64,000 nucleotides of DNA from Minisyncoccota bacterium. Its GTDB lineage: Bacteria > Patescibacteriota > Minisyncoccia > Phycocordibacterales > UBA9973. The stretch lies in assembly GCA_035510575.1 (NCBI GenBank), contig DATKGV010000004.1, forward strand, positions 88,419 through 152,418, given 5' to 3'. Numbering within the stretch: position 1 is the first letter of the stretch; every line of letters begins with the position of its first letter. Made by a program: the position numbers and the translations under genes. Shown one piece after another: positions 8,344 through 18,090 of the stretch. The notes under the pieces were generated by a model. It saw nothing but the letters and a program-made list of their open reading frames with translations, had not been told where the DNA came from and did not search any database.

Positions 8344-11300
8344 TTAATTTGCTGCATCACTTGGAGGAACTACAGGATCTGGAGCAGATGTAGAATCAGG
8401 CGCTGCAGGCGGAGTCACAACTTGATCGCTTGGGGGAACTGTTGTATCGTCTGCAGGCGGAGTTACTGATGAATCACTTGCAGGAGCTGTCGAATCTGAA
8501 GCTGGAACCGTTGAATCGGTGGTTGCGGGTTCGGTTGCAGATGGTGCTGATGAACCCGAATTGTCTGCGGTAGAGCTTACATGCGCATTATTTAAAATTT
8601 GAATCAATTGCGCTTCGTCAATGCAGGTATTATTGATGCAGATTTCATTGCTGCTATGAATTGTCTTGGCATACAGATCAGCGATGCCATTGGCTTGATC
8701 AGCTAAGAATTGCGTGATGAGCGAACCTAATGAAGTAGCCGAAGTCGTATCAAGAGACGAAAGATCTTTTATTTTGAGATCCATTTCTTGAATGGCTTTA
8801 ACCGCGTATGGCATCATGCCTAAGTAGTTGAGTGATAGAAGATTGGTATTTGGATCGGTAGAAACCAAATCAGGGAAGATTTGCTTTACATCTTGAGCAA
8901 TGAAGCCGGCATGCTTGGCATCGGTGTCTTGTTCAACTTTCCAATTATACGTTACTGGAACTAGAGCAAGTATTTTGTCCAGTGTTGTTATTGGAGTCGT
9001 GCCAAGTTCTGTTTCCGTCCATGCCATGCCATCTAGAGTGTTGACGTTCTTTTTTAAATTCATGTCTGAACTGCAAGCAAAACCGCTTGATATCGGCACA
9101 ACATCGCAAGTTCCTGCGGAAGTTTGAAATCTTCCTACAATTATATTAGCCGTAGTGGAAGCCGAGCCGACATGGAGAAGATAGCCGGGAGCAGTATTGG
9201 AAATTCCGACATCGCCGTTGCCTAATATTCTCATCGCTTCCGTCATTGTCTGCAATGTCGTGCCACTTCCAAGAGTTTTGCCCGTTGAGAAAATTATGTT
9301 CGAAGCTCCTGTGCCTGTGCCTAGACCAGAGTTTAGCAATAGATTTCCGCCAACCACGTTAGAAACAGAAGTTCCAGCGACAGTTGAACCTGATTGAATA
9401 GTCAGATTATTAGGCGCGACGTCAGTGGCGGAATTTTCAATCCACATGGTTCGATCAGCGCCGGCTCCGAATGATAAAATATTGGTCGGCGTACTTGTAC
9501 CAATACCCAAAGTCGTAATGCTGCTATTGCCTATCACCACCTGGTTGCTGGCGGTAGTGTAAGCGGCATTTCCCAGAGCCATTGAGTTGATAGCGCCTAC
9601 AAGCTGGCTGGCGTTACTTCCGGCGTTAGCTCCCAAAAATGTATTCTGATAGCCGACTGTTATAGACGAACCAGCCGAATTACCAATACCCGTATTAGAA
9701 CCATTATTTCCAGAACCATTCGTGAAAGAAGAAAGAGCGGAAACTCCGACAGCGACATTAGCGCCCGCGGCAGTAACGTTAGGCAGAGCGTTAGTTCCAA
9801 AAGCCGTATTGCCAGTAGTAGTTGTTTTTGCCAAAGCCCCATTGCCAACAGCCGTATTATTTCCTCCTGAAATATTTGCCGCCAGAGTGTTCCAACCAAT
9901 CGCTATATTTTGCGAGCCTGATGTCAATACATTCATAGCTCCTATGCCGATGCCGACATTCTTATCACCAGTCATTGCTGGCGGTCTGGCTCCAATAAGA
10001 ATTGAAAGAGGGTTAGCTGTGCCGATGCTCCCAGCGTTATAAACCGAGAATAGAGAACCGCCATTAGCGTCTGCCACGTTGAGAGTTGGAACATTTACTG
10101 TCGTGGTGATTGTCCAGGTAGCGCCTATGCCATGAGTAAGCTTTCCACCGAAAGTAACCGTCACGCCGTTAGATAATGCTTGAGCCGCAAGAGTAATCGC
10201 CGTATCAGCCGAACTAGCTCCGCCGTCCACATTCCAAGTGAACATATCATAACCCTGTAAAGCGGAAATATTGACTGTACAGCCCGTTCCAGTTCCGCCA
10301 GTTGTCGCTACTACTCCCGTTGAATATCCTGATCCGCCAGTCAAAAGTGTCATCGCATTACATCCCCCGCTTGATAAGCTCGTAACCTTTACGGTCGCCG
10401 CGCCATTGCCGCCAGTCAAAGTCAAAACATCATTCACTGTATAACCTGAACCGCCGACTGATTTGGCGACTGTCTTGACCGGATTTATCTCACTGATAGT
10501 AACGACATAAGACGAATTAGTATTGCCGACATAAGTTCCGCCCGCAGTAGCGTCGTTCGTTCCTGAACCTGAGAATACAACCGCTGACCGAGTCGCCAAA
10601 GATTTTACATCAAGAGTGGCGACGGGAGAAGTATTATTTATCCCTAGACGGATATTCGCCCCGTCATAAGCGGAACTAGCCCCGAAAAATATCTTGCCTT
10701 TCGTAGCGTTTGAAGTAGAATTTAAAGTTAGGTTTTCACCAGCGGCAGTACCGCCGTAAACAGTTTGCCCGCCGGCAATGCCGGTAGCCAGATTATCAGT
10801 AATGGTGTTTGTGGAACGAGTTAAGCCCGTGGAAAAAGTAAGAGGCACCTCGTAAGCGTTAGCGTTAGTGAACGCGGCTGAACCAAGAGTTCCCCCGCCA
10901 GTTGGAATAGTTAAAGTCGCTCCCGCCGCCGGCCAAGTTAAAGTTCCCGCCCCGCCGTTATTGGTGAATGTTGTAGTGAAAGTGGCGTTAGAAACGGCCA
11001 CTGCTGTTCCGCCCACTGCCAAAGCGCCAACGTCGGAATAAGTCAAATTCGTGCCATTGATTTTGTAATGAGAACCAGTCGCAATATTAACATCTCCATT
11101 AACATCTAATTTGTAGTTAGGCGCAGTTATTCCTATTCCCACTTTTTGAGCGCTATCTATTCTCATCGCTTCAGTCAAAACAGATGGCGAAGCGTCAGTC
11201 GCTGTAGAAAATGACAAATAAGTAGGAATACGAGTAGAAGCCACTGTACCGGAAACTCCGACATCTATGCTTCCCATTTCAAGATAACTTGCTCCGTCAT

Positions 11301-13914
11301 ATCCCCTGAATAGCAAACGGCCTAACATATCACCTGTGTTTACTGAAAGAAGCGCAGATGGAGTTCCGCGCGCTTTCCAAAATCCCAAGCGGGCAGAGTT
11401 TGTGCCGTTGTTTATTTGTGATGACACAATTCCTCGCGGATCAGAAGTATCAGTAGTAACGACTTGAAGTTTTGTAAGAGGAGCGGTAGTTCCGATTCCC
11501 AGACGATTATTTGTCTCATCATAAGCTGAAGCTCCCATGATTATTAAACCTTTTGTAGCGTTTGAAGTAGAAGTTAAAGTTAGATTTCCTGAAGCGGCAG
11601 TATCGCCGACTAAAGTCGTTCCGCCTGCTATGCCGACATTGTTTTGAAGATAGCCAGTGAGAGATGCAGAAGTCAAATAAGCAACATTGCTTCCCGATGT
11701 TACAAGCCCGCTTGTTCCTACTGTTACATTATTATAAGTTCCTGCAGATGTTCCTGCAGAAGTTAGGAATCCGCCGTAATTTCCCAGATCATTTGTGAAA
11801 GAAGAAAGAGCGGTCGGGAAAGTTGCCAGAGACAAATCACCTCTGAAATATTGAGATGTCGTGCCGGTGGTGATCGTGTTTTGTTTGGCATTGAGGGCAG
11901 TTTGAGTAGCAGTTGATATTGGTTTGTTAGCATCAGATGTATTATCAACATTACTTAGTCCAACTTGAGATTTGGTTAGGCCAGTTAAAGATGAACCATT
12001 GCCATTTGGAGCCAGGAAAACTGTGCCGGCATCAGTAGTGTAGACGCCGTTGGTGACTGTGCCTGCTGTTAATCCTGCGGCGGTACCAGTAATATTTGTG
12101 CCGACTAAAGCAGAAGGAGTTCCAAGGTTGGGAGTGGCAAGCGTCGGAGAGTTTCCAAATACAAGAGATCCGCTTCCCGTTTCATCCGAAATGACTCCTG
12201 CTAATTGAGCAGAAGTGGTAGCGGCAAATGCGGACAAATTATTAGTCGTCAAGGCCACGGTACCTGTAAGATCCGGGAAGGTATAAGTTTTGTCGGAAGA
12301 AGAAAGATGCGCTACATCAAAGATTCCAAATAGTGTCGGCGAAGGGCCATTTTCCAGCATTTTCAGTCCAGCGGAAGAATTATTGAGAACAATATTATAA
12401 GGTGCGGTTTGATTCCAATCCTGAGTCAAAGGACCTAAAGAAAGGACATTAGAAATATTTTGTAAACCATTGCCATAAGATAAGTTTACATTAGCGGATA
12501 GTTGTACCCATTTGGCGAGTGTTCCTGAATAAGTAAATGAAATACCGTAATAAAGAGAACTGGAGTTTTCCACAAAGCGAGCATCACCGCTTGTTGGAGC
12601 AATGCCTGTATAAGTAAAGGCCCCAGGCGTACCGCCTGTCACATTAAATATATAATCTTTAAAACCAGCAAATGTGCCAAAAGGCGCAGTTGAGGATACC
12701 AGCGCCACGCCAAATCGGTCGCCCAAAACCAAAGAATCCAGTTTTACCCACGCGCCATTTTTATATTCTACTATATCGCCCGGAGCAAAAGCGGACCAAA
12801 CACCGGTGTTTCCGCCTGTGTCAATGATATAACCGTCGCCTTCAACAGTGGTTCCGACCGGTGTAGCGGAATTGGCAATAACATTCACAGCTTGAAGCCC
12901 TGTTTTCCAATTCAATCCCATGGCATTATTATCAACGTATGTTTTTACCGCATTTTGCGTTGGATAGAGCGTGTTAGAGGTGCCAAGAGATGTGTTCGTA
13001 GATTTATTGGCAACATCTTCTGGTGTAAACCCTAAGGCAGTATTTACGTCACTCCCAGTAATTCCAGAAATGTATCCGGCAGGATTGGTGGCATTGTAAG
13101 GAGTATAGCCGATAAGTGATGCCACAGAAATATCGCCAGCCCCTAAAAGATTATTAGAATTGATTGTTTTGATATTTGTGCCGGAAACAAGAGTATCTTG
13201 TTTACCAGAAATATCAGTCGTTTGAGTAGCAGCATTTATTGTGAAATTCGGATAAGTGCCGGTAACCGAAGTGATATTAGTTCCCGCTGAAATAGCGACG
13301 GTTTGGTCGGGAGCAATAGATATATCTCCACTACCCAAAAGCGAACTAGAATTGATTGTTTTGATGTTTGTGCCGGCAGGCAAAGTTACCGTGCCGGTAA
13401 AAGTCGGCGAATTGAGAAGTGCGTATAAGCTTGAATCAATTCCTCCCAAGGTCTTGGCATTGATGGCAGCTCCGCTTGAAGTAATACGCCCTCGCGGACC
13501 GAGCGTTTCAAAAGTTATATTATTAGATGAGACCTCCACTTGAAGATAGACGGTATCATTATCTTGGAAATTATAAGTTAGAGCATCAGGATAGCCCGAT
13601 CCTGTATCTCCGATATTCACATCAAAAACACCGTTGGTAACAGAGAGAGTAGCTGTGCCGGGCGAACCTGATGGCCAAAGTTTCGCGCCAGAACCGACAG
13701 TCGGATTATCCCAAATAGAAAATTTAAAATAATAATTTGTGCCTGTTCCTCCCAAAAGAACTCCGTTTGAGTCCGTTAGCCGGCCTTGATAACTAATGAT
13801 ATTAGGAACGCCGGCGGCAGCGTGAGCAACAGAAAAAGAGAAAACGCCCAATATGAACACCGCTAAAATGGCATAGATGCTCTTTGACAAAAAATTATAT
13901 CTCCTTTCAAACAT
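8344..13914 (-). CDS. Giant secreted Gly/Thr/Ser-rich tail-fibre-like surface protein with C-terminal intramolecular chaperone (peptidase S74) domain
   Basis: N-terminal signal peptide; NNRLGIGTTAP-type repeats; SDMNLKKNV...GFIAQDV...SLNY..M.PYAVKAIQE motif; acidic Pro-rich tail. Confidence 0.75.
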   Translation of the reverse strand: MFERRYNFLSKSIYAILAVFILGVFSFSVAHAAAGVPNIISYQGRLTDSNGVLLGGTGTNYYFKFSIWDNPTVGSGAKLWPSGSPGTATLSVTNGVFDVNIGDTGSGYPDALTYNFQDNDTVYLQVEVSSNNITFETLGPRGRITSSGAAINAKTLGGIDSSLYALLNSPTFTGTVTLPAGTNIKTINSSSLLGSGDISIAPDQTVAISAGTNITSVTGTYPNFTINAATQTTDISGKQDTLVSGTNIKTINSNNLLGAGDISVASLIGYTPYNATNPAGYISGITGSDVNTALGFTPEDVANKSTNTSLGTSNTLYPTQNAVKTYVDNNAMGLNWKTGLQAVNVIANSATPVGTTVEGDGYIIDTGGNTGVWSAFAPGDIVEYKNGAWVKLDSLVLGDRFGVALVSSTAPFGTFAGFKDYIFNVTGGTPGAFTYTGIAPTSGDARFVENSSSLYYGISFTYSGTLAKWVQLSANVNLSYGNGLQNISNVLSLGPLTQDWNQTAPYNIVLNNSSAGLKMLENGPSPTLFGIFDVAHLSSSDKTYTFPDLTGTVALTTNNLSAFAATTSAQLAGVISDETGSGSLVFGNSPTLATPNLGTPSALVGTNITGTAAGLTAGTVTNGVYTTDAGTVFLAPNGNGSSLTGLTKSQVGLSNVDNTSDANKPISTATQTALNAKQNTITTGTTSQYFRGDLSLATFPTALSSFTNDLGNYGGFLTSAGTSAGTYNNVTVGTSGLVTSGSNVAYLTSASLTGYLQNNVGIAGGTTLVGDTAASGNLTLTSTSNATKGLIIMGASAYDETNNRLGIGTTAPLTKLQVVTTDTSDPRGIVSSQINNGTNSARLGFWKARGTPSALLSVNTGDMLGRLLFRGYDGASYLEMGSIDVGVSGTVASTRIPTYLSFSTATDASPSVLTEAMRIDSAQKVGIGITAPNYKLDVNGDVNIATGSHYKINGTNLTYSDVGALAVGGTAVAVSNATFTTTFTNNGGAGTLTWPAAGATLTIPTGGGTLGSAAFTNANAYEVPLTFSTGLTRSTNTITDNLATGIAGGQTVYGGTAAGENLTLNSTSNATKGKIFFGASSAYDGANIRLGINNTSPVATLDVKSLATRSAVVFSGSGTNDATAGGTYVGNTNSSYVVTISEINPVKTVAKSVGGSGYTVNDVLTLTGGNGAATVKVTSLSSGGCNAMTLLTGGSGYSTGVVATTGGTGTGCTVNISALQGYDMFTWNVDGGASSADTAITLAAQALSNGVTVTFGGKLTHGIGATWTITTTVNVPTLNVADANGGSLFSVYNAGSIGTANPLSILIGARPPAMTGDKNVGIGIGAMNVLTSGSQNIAIGWNTLAANISGGNNTAVGNGALAKTTTTGNTAFGTNALPNVTAAGANVAVGVSALSSFTNGSGNNGSNTGIGNSAGSSITVGYQNTFLGANAGSNASQLVGAINSMALGNAAYTTASNQVVIGNSSITTLGIGTSTPTNILSFGAGADRTMWIENSATDVAPNNLTIQSGSTVAGTSVSNVVGGNLLLNSGLGTGTGASNIIFSTGKTLGSGTTLQTMTEAMRILGNGDVGISNTAPGYLLHVGSASTTANIIVGRFQTSAGTCDVVPISSGFACSSDMNLKKNVNTLDGMAWTETELGTTPITTLDKILALVPVTYNWKVEQDTDAKHAGFIAQDVKQIFPDLVSTDPNTNLLSLNYLGMMPYAVKAIQEMDLKIKDLSSLDTTSATSLGSLITQFLADQANGIADLYAKTIHSSNEICINNTCIDEAQLIQILNNAHVSSTADNSGSSAPSATEPATTDSTVPASDSTAPASDSSVTPPADDTTVPPSDQVVTPPAAPDSTSAPDPVVPPSDAAN

Positions 13915-13992
13915 ACTTTCCAATTATACAATGATACAAGATTTTTTACAAGATTAAAACAGATTTAGGCGTTAATTATTGGGATATATCGG

Positions 13993-14775
13993 CTACTGTC
14001 TTCTTCTATTTCTTTTAATTCGCGAATTGACGACGAGCAAGTATATGACCGCTGCCAAGAGCAATATTATTATGATGATGAGAATATAAAGGATATGAAT
14101 AAGGTCTTCAACTGTTATGGTAATGGTGGTCGTATAAACATTATCGGAAAGGTGCAATACCGATTGAGTGGGCTGTAATTCTATCGGCTGTTCTGGAACA
14201 TTAGTCGTGGTTGCATTAGGATTTAATTGATTTTGCTGTTCTTCCGGCAGAGGCGAAGGAATATTTTCATTTGCTTTTATTTCGGGCTCGGAAATTGATA
14301 TCGTGCTACCGGATGTGCCATTGAGCGCGTCGCCGGCATTGCCGTCATTTAATAAAACCTTGCCGCTGGCGATATTGATATTCGCATTGCCCACTTCGAT
14401 AGCCCTGAAAGTTATATTGCCTAAAGTGCCGGCTGATCCTTTGTATCCCGGCGATATTATGCCAGCCGAGAAGAAAACTTTGGTCTGGCTTTTATAAGGC
14501 GATCCGGGAGTTTGCATAGTAAAGGTCTGGCCGGGAGACACGCTTACCACCTCAAGTTTGTCAGAACTGAAATTAATTGTCGCTTCAGCGACATTGACTC
14601 TAGCGCCTTTGGTATCGGTCTTGATGGTAACGGTAAAAGTGGAACCGAGAGTTGTATTATAGCTTGCGGGAGTTATATAGAGCGTAGCGGCATCAGCGCG
14701 ATTCGCAAACAGCGCCAAAAAAATCGCTATTACGGCAAAACCAATAATAAATCTTTTTATATTTTCTTTATGCAT
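13993..14775 (-). CDS. Cohesin-domain membrane-anchored protein
   Basis: Signal peptide; ATLYITPAS..GSTFTVTI..VNVAEATINFSSDKLEVVSVS..GTLGNITFRA cohesin-like pattern; C-terminal TM helix with basic tail. Confidence 0.7.
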   Translation of the reverse strand: MHKENIKRFIIGFAVIAIFLALFANRADAATLYITPASYNTTLGSTFTVTIKTDTKGARVNVAEATINFSSDKLEVVSVSPGQTFTMQTPGSPYKSQTKVFFSAGIISPGYKGSAGTLGNITFRAIEVGNANINIASGKVLLNDGNAGDALNGTSGSTISISEPEIKANENIPSPLPEEQQNQLNPNATTTNVPEQPIELQPTQSVLHLSDNVYTTTITITVEDLIHILYILIIIIILLLAAVIYLLVVNSRIKRNRRRQ

Positions 14776-15913
14776 GATGATTTATGCTATAGCGCCTGAT
14801 TAAAACAAAGCCACCGACAATAATAATAATTATTCCAAGTATAGCACAATATGAAGCGAATGTTGAAAGATATCCGCGATAGTAAACAGCCGCTACGCTT
14901 TCGTTGCCAGCCAAATCAGTGGCTTTTATTTTTACAAGATTTCCAAAAAGAGGCGGATCAAGCGGATATGGGCTCGCAGCTTCATGATAAAATCCGAACC
15001 AGCCGGTTTTCACTTTATAGTTTGCAATGCCGGATGCCTTATCGACAGCGAAAAAATTCAAGAATGATTTGCCGTTGAACATGGAATCATTTTTATCGAT
15101 AATATCCGACAAAAATGTCGGGGCGGTCTTGTCAATTTGCACTCGATAGACCCCGGCCTCTTCCAATATGCCATTAACGGGAATCGCAAGCTTGAAATAA
15201 TATATTCCATCAGGCAGATTATCGTATGTAATAGGGCCTGTGATCGGTTTCGGCTGCATGCTTGGAATAATTTCCGGATTGCTGCCGAAGCTATAGCTGT
15301 AAAGCTCGCCCGTTTTCGCGCCGACAAGAATGACTACGGTATTGTCGCGATACCATTTATTTTCATCCGGATGCGTCGGAGAAGTTATGCTATAAAGTTT
15401 GTTATTCCCAGATAAGACGGAGAAAGCAAGCGGCCGCATGGTGAGAGGAACGACAGTTCCCAATCCGTCATGAAGAAGGACTCGTGTGGGATTAATCGTC
15501 ATTATAACGGCATTGCCGGCCATTTTGGCCTTAAAAACTGTCCGCAGTAATGGGATATGAGAGCCATTTATGCCGCCCGGCGCGCCTCCGGTGAAAGTTA
15601 TAACGCCCGGAGCTATGACTTTCGGCTGATCAACCCAAAGAAGCAAGGCCGATGAGCCGATTGAAACCTCGGTGCTCTCGAGGATATCTGGCGAATAGTA
15701 AAGCTTCGCATCGACAATATTTATGGTTTTGCCTTCCGTGTCTAAAAACCAATCAGCTGAAAAAGTATCGCCGGCATAGACCGTCTGCTCGGCTACGCTG
15801 ACTGAAAGATTGGCGGCATTTGCGATATGGCGAACGCCGGTAAAAGCGCCTAACAGCATGATTAAGAAAATTAATAATTTGCAAGTTATTTTTTTATTAT
15901 CCTGTCCAATCAT
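14768..15913 (-). CDS. Cohesin-domain membrane-anchored protein with Ig-like modules
   Basis: Signal peptide; GDTFSADWFLDT..INIVDAKLYYSPDILE cohesin-like region; SPTHPDENKWY; C-terminal TM helix. Confidence 0.65.
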   Translation of the reverse strand: MIGQDNKKITCKLLIFLIMLLGAFTGVRHIANAANLSVSVAEQTVYAGDTFSADWFLDTEGKTINIVDAKLYYSPDILESTEVSIGSSALLLWVDQPKVIAPGVITFTGGAPGGINGSHIPLLRTVFKAKMAGNAVIMTINPTRVLLHDGLGTVVPLTMRPLAFSVLSGNNKLYSITSPTHPDENKWYRDNTVVILVGAKTGELYSYSFGSNPEIIPSMQPKPITGPITYDNLPDGIYYFKLAIPVNGILEEAGVYRVQIDKTAPTFLSDIIDKNDSMFNGKSFLNFFAVDKASGIANYKVKTGWFGFYHEAASPYPLDPPLFGNLVKIKATDLAGNESVAAVYYRGYLSTFASYCAILGIIIIIVGGFVLIRRYSINHHA

Positions 15914-17219
15914 AAAGCATTATTGAAAGATCAATGACATCGACTATGCCATCCTTATTAATATCCGCCCTTGACGTTGCCGGCGGCTTCTTATGCCAGT
16001 AATACAGTAGCATGGAAAAATCAATTATGTTAACTTTACCATCCTTGTTCAAATCGCTGCGCTTATATGAAACAACAGACGGCTTGACTGAAGTGGTTCC
16101 GACGCTAAAAGCCACAATATTGCTTGGATCGGTAATGCGGTCATTTATGGCTGCTCTGGAAAAAGTGCTGTGATTCCCAATAGCCAGCACTGAGGTGTCA
16201 AACTGCTTGAACCAAATGCCGGCGGTTGATGAGATTATTTTCTTTATGAATTCTTGCGCCGAATGCACGTACATCGTAACCTCGGCTTTCGGAACGGTCA
16301 TGCCGAAAATATTAATCGGGTCGCCTTTCTTGACTTCCGTATTGCTTACTCCGATGGTCGGAGCCAAGAAAATATTATTAATATGAATAGTTATGGAATC
16401 GCTGATGCTGACCGGGAAGCTGTAAGTCGGCGATTTCAATCCGTTCGCATCCACGGCATAGACGCCGAAGTTATAATAAGCTGTCGGAAGATTCGCCACA
16501 GTTACGTTGAAAGCGGCGCCCGGATCGGCTGTAGTGACCGAAGCTATCGTGCCGTCTTTAAGAATAGTGACTTTCGTATTCGGATAGGCCATGCCGGAAA
16601 TTTCAACAGATCCGCCGTAAGTTTGCGGATTGCCATTTCCGCCGCCATTATTATTTGGAGGAGGAGTAATTGGATTAGCGCCATTTGGCACGACAGAAAT
16701 TTGAGTAGAAAAAGCGATTGGAAAATTGCCGGTTGTCTTTGCCTTGACGATGAAATAATAAGTTACTCCATTAACTAATCCTCCTTTGGTGAAAGAATTC
16801 ACATTGCCAACATCTTCAAACGTGTAGGAATATGGCGTAGTACTGACGCCGACATCATATCCGATAATTGGAGGATGGCCGATTATAACCGGAGTTGTCC
16901 AGACCAATACGACGCTGCCGGCAGTATTTGTCGAGCTGGTTCCAAGAAGAGTGAATGTGCTGCTGTTATAATATTGAAAGCCGCTCCATAATTGGAAATC
17001 CGAAGATGATGATTTGCCGATGACCATTTGTCCGAGCGATTGCCCTAACCCGAAATTGGCCGAGGAACTGCTGCCAAGGCCTTCCGTAATGACCGGATTT
17101 AATACGGTAAAATTGCTTGAGGATATGGTTGCGCCAAAGCCCGGCATCGGTCTTGAAAAACCGACGATAACGACAATAAGAATTAAAATAGGGAAAAAAT
17201 AGAAATATCTCTTACTCAC
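15897..17219 (-). CDS. Secreted FN3/Ig-like protein with C-terminal dockerin domain
   Basis: Duplicated Ca-binding loops SDLNKDGKVNIIDFSML and ADINKDGIVDVIDLSIML; FN3-like GLVNGVTYYFIVKA. Start placed at the GTG 6 nt after TATAAT (alternatives 17228/17237). Confidence 0.75.
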   Translation of the reverse strand: MSKRYFYFFPILILIVVIVGFSRPMPGFGATISSSNFTVLNPVITEGLGSSSSANFGLGQSLGQMVIGKSSSSDFQLWSGFQYYNSSTFTLLGTSSTNTAGSVVLVWTTPVIIGHPPIIGYDVGVSTTPYSYTFEDVGNVNSFTKGGLVNGVTYYFIVKAKTTGNFPIAFSTQISVVPNGANPITPPPNNNGGGNGNPQTYGGSVEISGMAYPNTKVTILKDGTIASVTTADPGAAFNVTVANLPTAYYNFGVYAVDANGLKSPTYSFPVSISDSITIHINNIFLAPTIGVSNTEVKKGDPINIFGMTVPKAEVTMYVHSAQEFIKKIISSTAGIWFKQFDTSVLAIGNHSTFSRAAINDRITDPSNIVAFSVGTTSVKPSVVSYKRSDLNKDGKVNIIDFSMLLYYWHKKPPATSRADINKDGIVDVIDLSIMLYDWTG

Positions 17220-17279
17220 AAGCATATTATACAACAAAATAAAAAATTAAACACTAAAAGAACCGACTAGGTCTTGGCT

Positions 17280-17310
17280 AATCAGCCATAAGTCCGACTT
17301 ATGGCTGATT
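17280..17310. repeat. Solo REP-like palindrome overlapping the trmD stop codon
   Basis: aatcagccataagtc-c-gacttatggctgatt, 15-bp perfect arms; related to the half-sites of 3966..4007. Confidence 0.85.
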
Positions 17311-18090
17311 TTTATTATTTTTCCATTCTTCTATTTTTTTACGATCTCCTGACAGCAAGACCTTCGGAACTTTATATTTTTTATTGTTATATATTAATAT
17401 TTCTGGCTTGGTATAAATTTCGCTTGACGATATCCGCTCTTCTTCGCGGGAATCAAAATTGCCAAGCACTCCCTTTACTTGCCGAGAAATTGAATCAATC
17501 AAAACCATGGCTGGTATTTCCCCTCCGGTTAAGACATAATCTCCGATTGATATTCTTCTTGCCCCGCCAAGGCGGAGTGAATCTTTAAGAATCTTATCAA
17601 CACGCGCATCAATGCCTTCATAGCGGCCGCAAATCATTATGATGTCGGTATATTTTTTAGAAAAATTCTTGGCCAAAGCTGTCGTAAATTTTTCCGCTGA
17701 TGGAACAAAATTAATAACAAGAGTTTTTGGGCGAAGATTTTGAAAAGATTTTTGAAGTCTGGCCTCGCCTTTTTTAATTTTTCTAGTATTGGCGAGGAGA
17801 TCCGAGGACTTCAAAAATCTTTTCAAAATTGAAGCCCGGACTGATTCAACAGCATTTATAATAGGTTCTGCCATCATCACCATGCCCGGACCGCCGGCAT
17901 AAGGCCGATCATCAATACGTAAAGACATATTGCCGTCAGGCCAGATCTTTTTATATTTGCCGGTGGCAAATTTGCGGGGATTAATGAAGGATACAGAAAT
18001 TTTTTTTAACTTTATCGCCCGCCCCAAAATGGACTCCTTAAGATACGAGTCAAACATTTCCGGAAACAAAGTAATAATATGGAAATTCAT
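17299..18090 (-). CDS. trmD: tRNA (guanine-N1)-methyltransferase TrmD
   Basis: ITLFPEMF, DDRPYAGGPGMVM, CGRYEGIDARV, SIGDYVLTGGE; located downstream of rpsP-khpA. Confidence 0.97.
   Translation of the reverse strand: MNFHIITLFPEMFDSYLKESILGRAIKLKKISVSFINPRKFATGKYKKIWPDGNMSLRIDDRPYAGGPGMVMMAEPIINAVESVRASILKRFLKSSDLLANTRKIKKGEARLQKSFQNLRPKTLVINFVPSAEKFTTALAKNFSKKYTDIIMICGRYEGIDARVDKILKDSLRLGGARRISIGDYVLTGGEIPAMVLIDSISRQVKGVLGNFDSREEERISSSEIYTKPEILIYNNKKYKVPKVLLSGDRKKIEEWKNNKNQP
17737..17829 (-). repeat. 93-nt in-frame hairpin insertion in trmD (GTCCTCGG...CCAGAC family)
   Basis: 23-bp perfect inverted arms attttgaaaagatttttgaagtc / gacttcaaaaatcttttcaaaat enclosing the conserved core. Confidence 0.9.

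Noticed and set aside
8344-13914. Prophage
   Set aside because: The tail-fibre-like protein has a signal peptide, and no capsid, terminase or integrase gene is nearby.
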